Source: Zygnema circumcarinatum SAG 698-1b
Taxonomy: Eukaryota > Plantae > Zygnematophyceae
Reading direction: 5' to 3'
DNA: 64,000 bases
Assembly (NCBI GenBank): GCA_037447605.1
Contig: CM074809.1
Span: 186,001 to 250,000 of the forward strand
The position numbers and the translations under genes were made by a program. The notes under the pieces were generated by a model. The model was not told where the DNA came from. It ran no database searches and worked only from the letters and a program-made list of their open reading frames with translations. Positions 38,001-53,647 of the stretch are shown here, in pieces. Position 1 is the stretch's first letter. Each line of letters starts with the position of its first letter.

Positions 38001-41000
38001 ATTAACAGCACACGGCAAGAGTGCAAGACAGAGAAAGAGATGGGGGGAAGCACGAGAGAGTGCCACAGTGAGAAAGAGAGGAGAGAGAGCAGCAGCAGAG
38101 GGCGAGAGGGATCGAGGAGAGAGCAGCAGTGAGAGGGGGCAACACAGAGAGGGAAAGCAGCAGAGAACAAGAGGTGGAGAGGGAGAGAGGGAGCAACAGA
38201 GAGGGAGTGCAACAGAGAGAAAGAGCAGCAGAAAGCGAGAGTGAAAAAGAGTTTGACATACAGATGGGAACTAGTACTTAAAAATTGGGTTAAAAATAAC
38301 ACGTAGGGTGTGAGCTTAAGGATGGAGGACAGCAAAGAGGGAGGGAGGAAGGGAGAGAGGGAGAGAGGGAGAGATGGAGAGTGGAACAGAGGAAAGGTGA
38401 GAGGAGAGAGAGAGAGAGAGGGGAGCGTACCGAGGGAGTGAAGTCAGCGAGAGTTTGCTGTGGGGGAAAGAATGGCATCTGCCGCCCAAGCCCCACCCTT
38501 TGCCTCCATTCAATTTCCCATAGCTAATGAACAAACCTTAAACCTTAAACCTTAAACCTTAAACCTTAAACCTTAGACCCTAAACCCTAAACCCCAGGGA
38601 TCCGAAAACCTTAAAAACAAGGGGTTCAAGCTGGTTGCAGGTTTCAAGATTTTTTGAGCTTTCGAGGGTTTGGAGATTTTTTCAGGCATATTGAGGCTTT
38701 CAGGTCTCAGAATCTTACGATAACTAAAGTTTTACTAAGGTCCATGATTGAAAGTTTTTTGGGCTATGAGATTTGATGGTTTTGAAGTTTTCGGTGATAC
38801 TCGGGCTAAGGAAGAGTTTGAAGTTTTTTTAATGTCAAGGTTTCCAAGATTTTCAGGGCTCCAAATGAACAAATATTATGCAATAAACTAAGCAGCTGCT
38901 GCAGTTAATTTAAAAAAAAAAACAAGGATGCAAAGCTTTGGTTTCCGCTATTACACCCAAATACAACCTGTCAGCTCTGAAAAAAAAACCTTCTCCTAGA
39001 GAACCCTGCTATCACCTCCAACCCTAAGACTGCAAAACCCAAAAATAAGAAGAAAAAAAAACCCACCTGCGCCACAAATTCCCCTTCCTCCAAATTGTGC
39101 GCGACTATTACTGCAATGACATCTTCATTAAACACAAAATATAACATTCCAGGCCTTTCTTGGGCCAATGTTTGCCCTAATTCTGGACATATAAAGTGAA
39201 CATTGATCAGCCTCTGCAGGTCTGACTTTCCCACCATAGAAACGCCCATTTGCTTCCGAATGCGGCTTCCAGCTCCGTCGGCGGCAACTAAATAGTCACA
39301 TAGAACCTCAAATTCTTCCACTTCTCCTATCTCTTCTGCCTTTCTCTCACTATCAGACGAGAGGGGTCTTATGACGCCTACAACCTGCTTATCGGTTTCC
39401 TTTTTTTCGGAAAATTTGGACAAGAATGCTCGAACTCCTTCAGAATCTTCTTCAATTCGAACGCAGCTATGGCCCCACAATATGGGTCCAAACCCTAAAT
39501 TATCCGTACTAGGTGATGTAGTTTTCTGCTTCATTTCATCGAAAATGTTGTTCAGTAGAGGAGAACGAGTGGCTGAACGCTGTGTTGAGGAAACAGTAGC
39601 AACATTCGAGGGGGGATTGTAATTTTTTTGAGATTTTAGGGCGGCAGCAGCAGCCTCCGCTCGGTTGAGAAGAAGCGGAAGAAGACGATTTTGTGAAAAG
39701 TGCGCCACTTGAGTTGGACTCATGGAACGCGTATCTGTTCAGTTGTAACAAACGGATTTAGCAGATTTAACAACATAAAAAGAGGTAGCCTAGACTACAA
39801 GCTTCAAAGCCTTTAAGGAGCAACGTAGAGCAGAAAAAAGATTTGAATGCAACGGTTTACTGTCTTTTAAGTCAAGAAGGAGAGGACGAGAGGGTAGAGA
39901 GAGGGAAGGAGGAAAGGGAGAAGAGAGAAGAGGGGTAGAGCGAGGAGGAAGGGATGAGATAGTGGCGAAGAAGGCAAGCAGGGAGAACTAGATTGCGATG
40001 GGGGAGGGGGGAGAGAGAGATATTAGGGAGAGTGAGGGAGAAACGAGATAGAGAGTAGAGGGAGACAGAAAGGGAGAGAGAGAGAGATGAGAGAGGAGGG
40101 GGGAAGAGCGAAAGAGGAGAGGGAGAGAGAAGAGAAAGGGAAAAAAGAGGGATGAGAGTGTAAGCATGAGTGGGGACAAGAGATCTGAGAGCGAGAGGGA
40201 AAGAGAGAGAGATGAGACGGGTAAGAGAGAGAGAGAGAGAGAGATGAAAGAGATGAGGGAGAGGGGGAAAGAGAGTGAGAGAGGGAGAAAAAGAGAGATG
40301 AGAGGGGAGAGAGAGAGAGAGAGGAAGAAAGAGACAGAAGAAGAGAGAGAAAGAAAGAGTCACCAGAGTCATCTTGAAAGTGATCGACGCTGCCCAGCAG
40401 CCTCCCTCCCAAGGAGAGACAATAGTGGAACCATCGCCAGTGATCCAACGGCGGCTGCTTCTTCTCAATTTCCTCCGTCAAATTATCCATATAGCGAAAA
40501 ATCTACACATCATTTCGTTCGTCCAAAAGACATCAAATTTCAAGTTTCAAGTTTGATCATATAAACCATCTACAAAGTCAACAGGTCACACTCACTACTA
40601 AATCAATGAAAGCTAGCCCCCCTCAATAAAGTAATGGCAGTTCGCGGCTATTCCAACTAAAAAAAAAATGAATTGAACTGCTTTAGAGAGACTGAACTGG
40701 ACTGAGATTGAACTGCCTTTTTTTAAGAGATTCTACTCTTGCGTGAATTAAACAGAAAAAAAGGGTTCCAATGTTTCTCATGCCTGCTGATTTTCTAAAA
40801 CAAGCTGAAATTTAGGGTTACTGTAATTAGAGTTTTTTGTTCAAATCATAGAAAAAATTTCAGTTACTTAAATACTGTTTAGTGTTTCAAGAACACGCAC
40901 TTCCATGGTTCGATTGTTGAGAAAGTGAGCTTGCGGATGCTCGCTGAGCTGGCGACGTCTCTCGACGAGTAGCGAGCTGACACCTGTCATCGAAAAATCA

Positions 41001-41411
41001 CATGGTTCCAAACCCATCGATCTCAGAATTATCAAATTTAAAAAAATGAATTTACAACAACTTTGGTTCGTAGGACCCTAAATTCAGCACAAAATTCCCT
41101 CTCTCTCCCCCCTCACGCTCCCCCCTCTTTCCCTCTCTCTCTCCCTCCCTACCTCGCTTCTCTCTTTCAAGCCTCTCCCTCTCCCTCTCACTCCTCTCTC
41201 TCTCTCTCTCCCCTCTCTCTCTCGCTCTTTCTCTCTCTCTCTCTCCCCCACCCCCCTCCATACGAAAAATTCAGACGGAAAATGCGAGCCCTTCTCCCAG
41301 CCCTACCCTGGACGGCGCACCGAGCTTAGAGAGCAGCGCAGAGAGGGTGAGCCCTACGGGGCCCGCTCCCACTATCACCACCGGCACCTTCATGCGCTTC
41401 AAGCCCGCCAT
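35064..41411 (-). CDS. FAD-dependent aromatic-ring monooxygenase (FAD_binding_3; PheA/TfdB-like plant family); about 11 exons
   Basis: Rossmann [17 protein letters not shown]; [13 protein letters not shown]; [14 protein letters not shown]; [16 protein letters not shown]|[15 protein letters not shown]; C-terminal thioredoxin-like PGSRLPH and [12 protein letters not shown]. Exon phases are consistent. An N-gap lies in the intron at 36908-36917. Confidence 0.93.
36908..36917. other. Assembly gap (10 N) in a monooxygenase intron
   Basis: Run of n. Confidence 1.
38533..38595. repeat. Intronic telomere-variant array, (AAACCTT)6 grading into AAACCCT
   Basis: Nine consecutive heptamers read directly from the sequence. 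Confidence 0.9.
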
Positions 41412-41799
41412 TGTGCGCTCCCTCTCGCTCCCTCTCCCTTCCTCTCTCCCACGCTCTCTCCCTCTCCCCTCTCGCTCTCTCCCTCTCAGCCTTCCTCTGT
41501 ACCGCAATATCCCCCTCTCTCCCACCCTCTCTTTTTCCTCCCTCCCGCTTAGGCAGCGCAGCAGCAGCATCATCTAGGGCCGTTGGATTTTCTACATGTG
41601 CGATGGATGCATCTCCACGGTAAACGTTTCTCAGCCGTCTATTTTCATCTTGTCGTTTAACCGAAATAATGTACGCCGTCGATCACATGTGCGATGCGGG
41701 AATGCGATTCGCCCGTGGACAGTACGGAAAGTACGGACGGCCTCTGCACGCCCCGGCCTATTTCGTGGTTTCAGAGTCTTCCGGAAAAACCAGGAAGAG

Positions 41800-41954
41800 A
41801 TAGTTCAAACCGCGAGAAAAGAGTTCAAACTACGAGATAGTTCAAACCACGAGGAGAGGGTTCAAAGCACGAAGAGATAGTTCAAACCAGGAGGAAAGAG
41901 TTCAAACCACGAGGAGAGGGTTCAAACCACGAGGAAAGAGTTCAAACCACGAGG
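41800..41954. repeat. 20-bp minisatellite, 8 copies, core GTTCAAACCACGAG
   Basis: TTCAAA recurs at 41804, 41824, 41841, 41861, 41881, 41901, 41921 and 41941. Confidence 0.9.
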
Positions 41955-42337
41955 GTTGCATGGTGTTTGGTTGGCATGTGTTGCACAATGATGTGGAAAG
42001 TTCATGGATTGCATTTGGGACAGTTGAGCGAGTCCCGGGAAAAACGACACACCATCCAACTGATGTCTGGATATGGTGTGAAATGTTAAAATTAATTGTG
42101 TTGTTTTGTTCGCTTCACATTTGTTTTTCTTTCCACCGTAGTTGTTTTGTGGCTTGCGGGCGCTTTACATTTCCCTCTCGGGCAACACGAGCTTGAAAAA
42201 AGAAAAAACGTTTTTGGGATGTCGAACCCTAAACTCGAAAGTGTCGACGCCAAAGCGATGGCTCCAATTGGCTCACCGCCCGAACTTTTACTGGTGATGA
42301 TGATGATGATGATGATGATGTCGCCGTTGACGGTGCA

Positions 42338-46581
<4,244 letters not shown>

Positions 46582-47145
46582 TTTTAAAAATTAGGAAGAA
46601 TTTTAGGATGTTGAATAGCGCCTTCAGATGTTTACAGGAGTAATGTCGAGAGATTATGAGAACATGGGGTTTGATGTGCAGGAGAAGTCTTGAGGTGAAA
46701 GGACTTAAGGGTTTAGGGTTTGTTTGGAATTTGCAGGAAGGCTACTTTCTTGAAGTTCAGACCGTGATTTTTTATTAAGGAGTTCCTGAAACACGTGCTT
46801 TCACTTGTTATTGGAGGGAATGATTTCAAAATGCTTTGATAAATACAATCCTTTACAATAATACTCTTTGTTTTTTTTTTTTTCTATTATAAAAAAGAGT
46901 CTACAGCGCATGATTCCTCCTCCCAACCATAGGTAGATGCTGTCAACCCTTGGCAGTCCTTTCTGAGCTCCCTCTGCTCTGCTTGATGTGCAGCAGCCCT
47001 TGATAAAGTTACGAGCTATGGGGATACATGCCCATGGGCCCATAGCCTATAGGGACATGGCCGCATGGGGCCATAGGGGCATGCATCGCGCCCCAGTCAT
47101 GCATCATCATGTGAAATCTACGGTGGAAAGATGGGTGCCTGGAAA

Positions 47146-47230
47146 GGGCCACGTCGTCGCCACGTCATCGCCACGTCGGCGCCATGTTTTTGCCATGTCA
47201 GCGAGACGTCGCCGCCACGTTGGCGCCACA
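47146..47230. promoter_or_regulatory. ABRE/G-box-like GCCACGT cluster in the divergent intergenic region
   Basis: 4 exact GCCACGT and 2 GCCATGT, mostly at about 11-nt spacing. The reverse complement is ACGTGGC, the ABRE core. Confidence 0.5.
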
Positions 47231-48132
47231 GCCTGGCCCTGCACTCGCCGACGGTTCGATCCCGCGACTGGTCCCATCCCCGCCGTTCATTTCCACCCTT
47301 CCGCGTCCGTACGCCCACGCCATCCGTCGTTTCCTTCCAGTTCCATGTTCACAGTCGTCCAACTGTCCGTAGGGACAGCTTTTGCAAGTGCGATTTTGGT
47401 TGACTCCAGAACCTTCTGAAACGACAAACATCGTGACCGTCCCGTTGTCGCCTTTCGCTATTATCTCCACGTGACACCATCCTAGCCGTCTATATTGCAA
47501 TCCGACGAGGACGTGGCATCATCCCAGCCGGCCATATTCTGATCCGGTCCTTTCTCGACAACAAAAACGTTTTTTCTGTTGCCCAGACAATCCAATCGTT
47601 CAGCTTGCCCAAAGCTCTGCGGGCAACCCCCAAAAACATTTTCCTCCCTGCCCGCCGCCCAGAAAAAAAAAATTCCCTCGTTTACCGTACTTTCTACTTT
47701 CCAAGAAGTGCAAGAACTCCGTACATTCAAATTTTGTACCGTCTTAAAACGACAAATGTTGCCGCCCGACGGCAGTGAGGTCGGCCAACCAGCCAGCTGG
47801 CTACTATTTTGTCGCATTAGACCGGCCGGAAGCGCAGGGCGGCTCGGGGGACCTTCGGCACTCGGAGCAGAGGGCAGGTCAACAACCAATGTGGGCTCGC
47901 CACGTGTACACACCTGCCTACGTGGATAGTTCCGGTTGGGGGAAGTCCTAGAGAGAGGCAGGCGGAGGAGGCGGGCGGGGCCGAGGGCGGGGCCGAGGGC
48001 GGGGCCGAGGGCCCTCGGGGCCGAGGCCGGGGGAGGGATAAAGAGGGAGGCAGCGGATAGGACAAGCGGTGCCGCCGAGGGAGGGGGGGGAGGGGAGAGG
48101 GAGAGAGAGGGAGGGAGAGGAGAGAGCGAGCA

Positions 48133-48303
48133 CGGGAGAGGGAGAGGGAGAGGAAGAGGAAGAGGAAGAGGAAGAGGGAGAGGGAGAGGGAGAGGGAGAG
48201 GGAGAGGGAGAGGGAGAGGGAGAGGGAGAGGGAGAGGGAGAGGGAGAGGGAGAGGGAGAGGGAGAGGGAGAGGGAGAGGGAGAGGGAGAGGGAGAGGGAG
48301 GGA
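48133..48303. repeat. (GGGAGA)n hexamer array just upstream of the protease-LysM start codon
   Basis: Near-perfect hexamer run with a few GGAAGA variants, ending about 30 nt before the ATG at 48336. Confidence 0.9.
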
Positions 48304-48335
48304 GACAAGGGGAGAGAGAGAGAGGGGGAGGAGAG

Positions 48336-51300
48336 ATGGAGCAGCGCATGAGCAGGGTGTTTTTCCTGAGCCTGGTGGGCGTGCTGACGTGGACGCAGCT
48401 GGCGGAGGGGCGGACGCCGGGTGGGCTGACCTCCCTTTCTTCTTTTTGCATTTTCTTTTTTTCATTTCTTGGCAGCGCAGTGCGGTTTCTTCCTCTTTGT
48501 CTCTTTTTTCATAGTTTTTTTTGTTTCCGTTTTGCAGGAGCGTTGCTGTCGTCATCAGTGACGGAGGTAGCAGAGAGGCCACCCCGCGCCCTGTCCTCCG
48601 TACTCTCTCTCCCCCCGTCCTCCCCTCTCTCTCTTCTTGTATGTTTTGCTCCACTCCCTCCCCCCGTCTCCCCTCCCTCTCTCTCTCCCTCCCTTTCCCT
48701 CTCTTTTTCTATCGTCCCCCCTTCCTCCCCTTCCTTTTCGTTTATTCTCTCCACCCCTCTCTCTCTCTCTCTCCCTCTCTCTCACTCTCCCTCCCTCTCT
48801 CACCCCCCCCCGGCTAATATAAGTTTTTTTTTCCTTTTCTGCGCAGACTCTGCCGGCAGACGAAGCCTTGGGTTGGCCGCGCACTTGAACTTTTCTTCCA
48901 TATTTATAAAAAAAAAAACAAAATCGCATGAACCAGATGATTGCTGCCCCGAGCTAATCCAGCTATGCGTGTTGCCCAACCCTCGGGCTCTAATTTTTTT
49001 TTTTTTTTTTCGTTCGTGACAGACTCGGATTCCGAATGGGAGCGGAGGGCTCTCATTGAAACCTCCGTCGCTTCTTTCTCAAATTCGTGGGCCATCTGTA
49101 CGCTCTTACCCCATTGGTCCTCCTCCTTGGAAAAGAAAGAAAGAAAGGAAGAAAGGAAGCCGCGCATGGCATGGCAAGATCACTTCCTTCTTGCGCAACT
49201 TGTGTACTTCTTCTTTGTTCGATCGGACATGAACCAACGGTTGGTTGCGTGGTCAATGGCAATGGCAGCCTCGAGCTGGCTGGACCCCGCGGAGGGCTCC
49301 TTCATAGTCATGCCCTCCCTCTCGTACAACGTGTGGGCCCCCTCCACCGGCGAGACCGACCCCCCCGTCGAACTAAGCAACGGTACGCCCACTCCTCCGC
49401 TCCCAATGCATTTTTCATGTTCAAGTTTGGGCCCTACTTCCTCCTTGCTAGCGGGGGAGTTGAGTTCGTTGAACCCCAAGTTGTTCATGTTGAACCCCAT
49501 GTTGAACACCAAGTGGCGCATGTTGTTGCAAGTGAGCAGATCCCAGCGGCGGCGTGGCGCTCAACGGGACGGGCGTGTGGACGCTGCAGAAGGTGCGCGC
49601 GTTCTACGCCTTCGTCGAGATGCAAGCGGGGAAGTGCCTCGACGCGGTGACCCGCGCGGTCGGCGGCCAAGTCGTGCTCTCCGGTTCGACCGACCACTCC
49701 CACTCCGCATGCATGGGCGCGTTTTTTAAGCTGCATATGACCAACTTTGTTCCTGTTTGTTGGTTTTAATTCGGGTGGATTTGGTGTGTTTGAGTGGTGT
49801 GTCAGAGTGTACGGAAGGAGTGACCCAGCTCTGGTCGGCCATAAGCACGCAGGCCTCGGACCTGAGCGTGCAGTGGATGAACGTGGGGACGGGCCTCTGC
49901 CTCGACGCCATCGACGGCGCCGCCAGCTCGCCCCTCCTCCTCTGGACCTGCCGGCGAGGGGCAAAAAGCTTGATGAGCAGCCAGCTATGGCTGCCGCTTC
50001 CTCCGTCGGCAACAACAAGGGAATCATGTGAGCCCCAAAACATCAGATTTGCAAAGCCTAGCTTCTTGTTGTTCTTGTTATTCTTGTTGTTGTTGTTAAA
50101 CATGGAAGGATATGAAATGTGTCTGTTTGTTGACTTGCGTTGACTTGGGGTTCCTGTGCTGCAGCGTTGTCGGGGCTCTCCCTGAACGCGTCCTCTAGCG
50201 CGCCCGACACGTACTTGAACGCGTTCTCGCGGCACGCGAGCTGGGCCGCCGCGGACCTGCCCGAGAGCGTGGACTGGCGGCCCCTGCTGGCGGGCGCCAA
50301 GGACCAGTCCTCGTGCGGTGAGCGCGCGATGCATGTTAGCTCTCATGCTTCCCCTAGGAACAATGTCATGCCAATGCCGTGTTGGCGCGTCCCATGGTTC
50401 ATGGCTCATGTTGGTCCACGCGCGTCCCGGCCCCTGCAGGGTCCTGCCACGTGTTCGCGGCGGTGGCGACCATCGAGGGCGCGTACAACATCCTGGCGGG
50501 CCCGCCCTCGCCCGCGTCCCTCTCGGAGCAGGCGGTGCTCGACTGCGGCCCGCGCGGCGCCTGCGCGGGCGGATGGCCGGCGGACGTCCTCTCCTGGCTG
50601 GCGGCCCGCCCCGCGGACGCCGGCCTGCCCGCCACGTCGGCGTACGGATCTTACGTCGGGCAGCCTCGGGCCTGCAAGGTAAACATTTCAACCTGCCCAT
50701 TTTGTGCCCCTCCCTGTTGCCTATACCAACCACGTGCTGCCACGTGTTGGTGACTAGTGGGACGGTTGATGTTTCATAAAAAATCTGCAATAAGGACAAA
50801 AAAGTTGGACCTTTGTCGTTTTCTCAAAGTTTGACTGTGCCGCCGCCGGCCGCTTCGAACTGGTCCGTATCGCCCGCGCGGCCGGTGTCGGCATAAAACG
50901 ACAAACAAGGAGCTTCTGAGTCTTTGCCGACTGTCCGGCAGAAGAATCCAAATCTAGTATTTATGGAATGTCGGTCACCGACATTGACTTTGTTTTTGTC
51001 GTAATTACATACGACAAAAGAAAGATTTGGGGTAATTCTTTCGTAATTCTCAAAATTTTCGGCCGTGACCTGTTAGAGCTCACGCTGGCTCATTGTTCAA
51101 CAAACGTGGTGCGGCACTTGCAGTAATTATCGTTATGTTCAAAATCCTCGGTGGCACGGTCGCGCGAAATCTGCCGAGTCACAATTTGGGCACAAACTTT
51201 TTTTTTTGTCGAGGGCAGAGGACGGGCACTCGCCGAACCGTTCGGAAACGTTTTTCATTTTGTCAACGAAATGTTTTGCCTCCTGCCCGGGACGTTTGCG

Positions 51301-53609
51301 GCCCGTCGCGCGGCTTGCACATGCGGCTGGATACTAACTGTACCTGTAACTGGGACGGTGACTAAATTTGTGAACTGTAACTGTAACTGTACATGTGTAG
51401 GAAGCCGTCCCGGGGGCCGTCCGCGTGGTACGGTTCGAGGAGGTTCCGGCGCTGAGCCCGCGCGCGCTGAGGGCGGCCGTGAGCCGGCAGCCGGTGCTGG
51501 CCTACGTCACGCTCACGGAGGAGCTGCAGCTCTGGAACTCGGTCAGCCTCAGCTTCACATGGCCATGCATGGCATGGCATGGCGTGGCATGGCATGGTTT
51601 GACATCGCGTGGATTCATGGCATGGCATGCGGCCCTGACCTCTGACCCATGGATGCATGGATGCATGGGTGCGTGCGCGCAGTGGGACATCTTCAAGGAC
51701 TCGCAGAAGGCGTGCGGCGTGGGCGCCATGCTGACGCACGTGGTCGCCGTGGTGGGGTACGGAACGGAGGGCGGCACGGAGTACTGGATCGTGCGCAACT
51801 CCTTCGGGCGCTACTGGGGGGACTACGGCGCCGCGCGGGTCATGGCGGGCGTCTGCGGCCTCCAGGCGCTGCCCGCGCTCTATCCCGTCCTCGCCCGTCA
51901 GTGCCGCACCCGTCTCTTTCTCCCTCTCTCTCTCTCTCTCTCTCTCCCTCTCTCTCTATCTCTCTTCCCCTCTCTCTCTCTGTGTCTGTTGAATAGGTCC
52001 TTTTCGGCTTTCCTCCCTTTTTTTCTCATTTTCGTTTTGATTTATGTTGTGTCCAGCTCCGGACCGCAACCCCTGCGGAGCCATCAACCCGTGCGGCGCG
52101 GGCACGTGCATTCGCGGAGAATCGCTTTCATATAACTGCAGCTGCCCGCCCGGCTATCTGCCGGTCGTCAATACGGACGGCACGCAGACATGCGCGCCCG
52201 GTACTGCCTCTTCCTTGACAAGCAAGAGGGAGGGAGAGAAAGTGAGAGAGGGAGAAAGAGAGTGGGGGGGAGAGAGGGAGCGCTTAATTCTTCCTTAAAA
52301 ACCACGAAAATTCCAATTTAAGAAAACCATAAGACGTGCGTTGAAGGGAGAGAGAGAGAGAGGGGTAAAGCGCGAGAGGAGAGAGAGAGGGGGAAGGAAG
52401 AGGAGAAAGGAAATGGTAATCCAAAAAGGAAACCAGAGGGCTTAATCCATGCACGAAAATGCAGATTGTAGCGCCTCCTCTTCCTGAATCTCTCTCCTCC
52501 TCCTCTTTTGGTTGGCTGGTTCCATGCTGTCGCAGAGGACGCGTGCGGAACGGCAACGGGAGCATGGAACCCCTGCGGCGCCGGCACGTGCGTGAACAGC
52601 GGCGACGCGCTGTACCACTGCGTGTGCTTTGCGGGCTACGCCGCCGCCCTCAACGCGCGGAGGCAGCAGATCTGCGTGCCGCGTGAGGACCCGCCCGCCT
52701 GCCTGCCTGCATGAATGCATGCCTTCCTGCATGTATGCATGTATGCATGCATTGTATGTATGTCGGCAAGCCTGCCTGCAAGTATGCATGTATGCCTGCA
52801 TCCCTGCCTGCATGCATGCCTGCCTGCATGCCTGCCTGCAGGCTCCCGGGGCAGAAATGTTTTGGTCGAGTTTGTACCTGTTTCGATTGTTGCGCTTGCA
52901 TGCCGCCGGTCGTGTGAAGGCGGAAATGAAAAGGGGAAGAGAGGAGAGGTCGACGTGAGGCAAAGGGAGGGAGGGAAAGGGGGAGAGAAAGAGAGAGAGA
53001 GCGAGAGATGGGATGGGGGAGGGGATTACTGAGGAATTAACTTTTCTTTATCTATCTCCTCCTTTCCGTTTTATTTTGTTTTTGCAGCTGCCCAGACGGT
53101 TCAAGCTCTTGAAAGCTACACAGCGGAGGCAGGAGATGACTGTTATCTGATTGCAGCCGCATATGGACTGACTGTTCAACAGCTCACAGATATGAATCCA
53201 AGAAGCGAGAGGGTGAGCAGACTCAGTCAAAGTATGCTGAAGTGTATATGGAACTGCTTTTAAAATGAAAGAATTTATAAAATGACATAACTTTCAATTG
53301 AAATACCTGTCCAAAAGAGATTTGGATTGGACGATTTCTCGCTCTGAAAGTGACGATTGCGCATATTTTTGCAGGACGTGTGTTCTCCGTTACTTGTTGG
53401 GGATGTGCTGAATGTCACAAATGCGGAGCCTTATGACTGCAAAGTTCTGTACAGCATTCAGAAGGTGAGTCCCTCCCTCCCTCCCTCCCTCCCTCCCTCC
53501 CTCCCTCCCTCCCTCCCTCCCGCTCTCTCCCTCGTAAACTAAGTCAATCTCTTGGTCTCCGTTTCTCTCTCTCTCCCTCTCTCTCTCTCTCCCTCTCTCT
53601 CTCTTTCTT

Positions 53610-53647
<38 letters not shown>

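Noticed and set aside
41800-41954. CRISPR-like regularly spaced repeat
   Set aside because: The period is only 20 nt, there are no unique spacers and no cas genes, and the context is a eukaryotic intron-rich genome.
47482-49019. Long ORFs with (SP)n, (LP)n, (RG)n and (EG)n repeats resembling extensins or RGG proteins
   Set aside because: These are all six-frame readings of the (GGGAGA)n array upstream of the real ATG at 48336. The same applies to the many RE/SL-rich ORFs across the window, which sit in GA/CT introns.
49180-49521. Minus-strand 113-aa ORF (MRHLVFNMGFNMNN...)
   Set aside because: It is antisense to exons and introns of the protease-lectin gene, with no recognisable motif. Open frames are expected opposite GC-rich exons.
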